A stretch of DNA of 64,000 nucleotides from Rhina ancylostomus. Lineage: Eukaryota. This document shows positions 63,800-64,000 of the stretch, one piece after another. A model generated the notes under the pieces. The model ran no database searches and was not told the origin of the DNA. It saw only the letters and a list, made by a program, of their open reading frames with translations. The translations under genes were made by a program, and so were the position numbers. Positions within the stretch are counted from its first letter, which is position 1. Each line of letters starts with the position of its first letter. The stretch lies in NCBI GenBank assembly GCA_030265395.1, contig JARFYF010000118.1:24277824-24341823 (forward strand), read 5' to 3'.

Positions 63800-64000
63800 G
63801 AAGCAGATTAGGTAGCCCAGGTCTCAAAAGTGTATTAGGGCAGGGATCACTGCTGCCCAATAGACCGCACGTTTTGTACTAGGAATGAGGTCTTCACCTT
63901 CAAACACTCTTTTTGACCAAGGGCTGTGCTAGCACTTTGAAGGCAATGGCGATTTTCATCATCAATGTCTGCCTACATCAAAAAGTTGCTCCCAAGATAT
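63800..64000 (-). mobile_element. RTE LINE RT fragment
   Basis: Reverse strand YLGS..ADIDDENRHCLQSASTALG..RVFEGEDLIPSTKRAVYWAAVIPAL..ETWA. Confidence 0.8.

Noticed and set aside
48400-64000. Expected HMOX2 3' exons tail-to-tail with CDIP1
   Set aside because: I found no heme oxygenase-like translation on the minus strand in this interval.
1-64000. Prokaryotic features (CRISPR arrays, operons, rRNA)
   Set aside because: The sequence is an intron-rich vertebrate locus; no repeat-spacer array or rRNA was seen.

Overview
AT-rich vertebrate genomic DNA from a draft assembly with 13 N-gaps. The repeat families (V-SINEs, Deu-domain SINEs, CR1/RTE/Rex1 LINEs, Penelope-like palindromes) suggest a cartilaginous fish; this is recognised by eye, not by search. 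Two spliced + strand genes are present, and the ORF track largely misses both. (1) Nine exons (7806-32930) splice into an intact 307-aa TM1-to-C-terminus portion of a corticotropin-releasing hormone receptor (class B1 GPCR). It is CRHR2-like but differs at about a dozen positions shared by CRHR1 and CRHR2, including Thr6.42b->Ile in the HETX polar lock. (2) The last two coding exons of CDIP1 (LITAF domain, 43641-45889) follow, with a ~2.5 kb putative 3'UTR. I could not find the 5' coding exons or a promoter of CDIP1 in the gap-free 10.7 kb between the two genes. The best candidate novelty is therefore a divergent, possibly third and possibly constitutively active CRH receptor at a non-canonical locus, perhaps nested on the same strand inside a CDIP1 intron. 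The rest is mostly decayed transposons; repeat boundaries are approximate.
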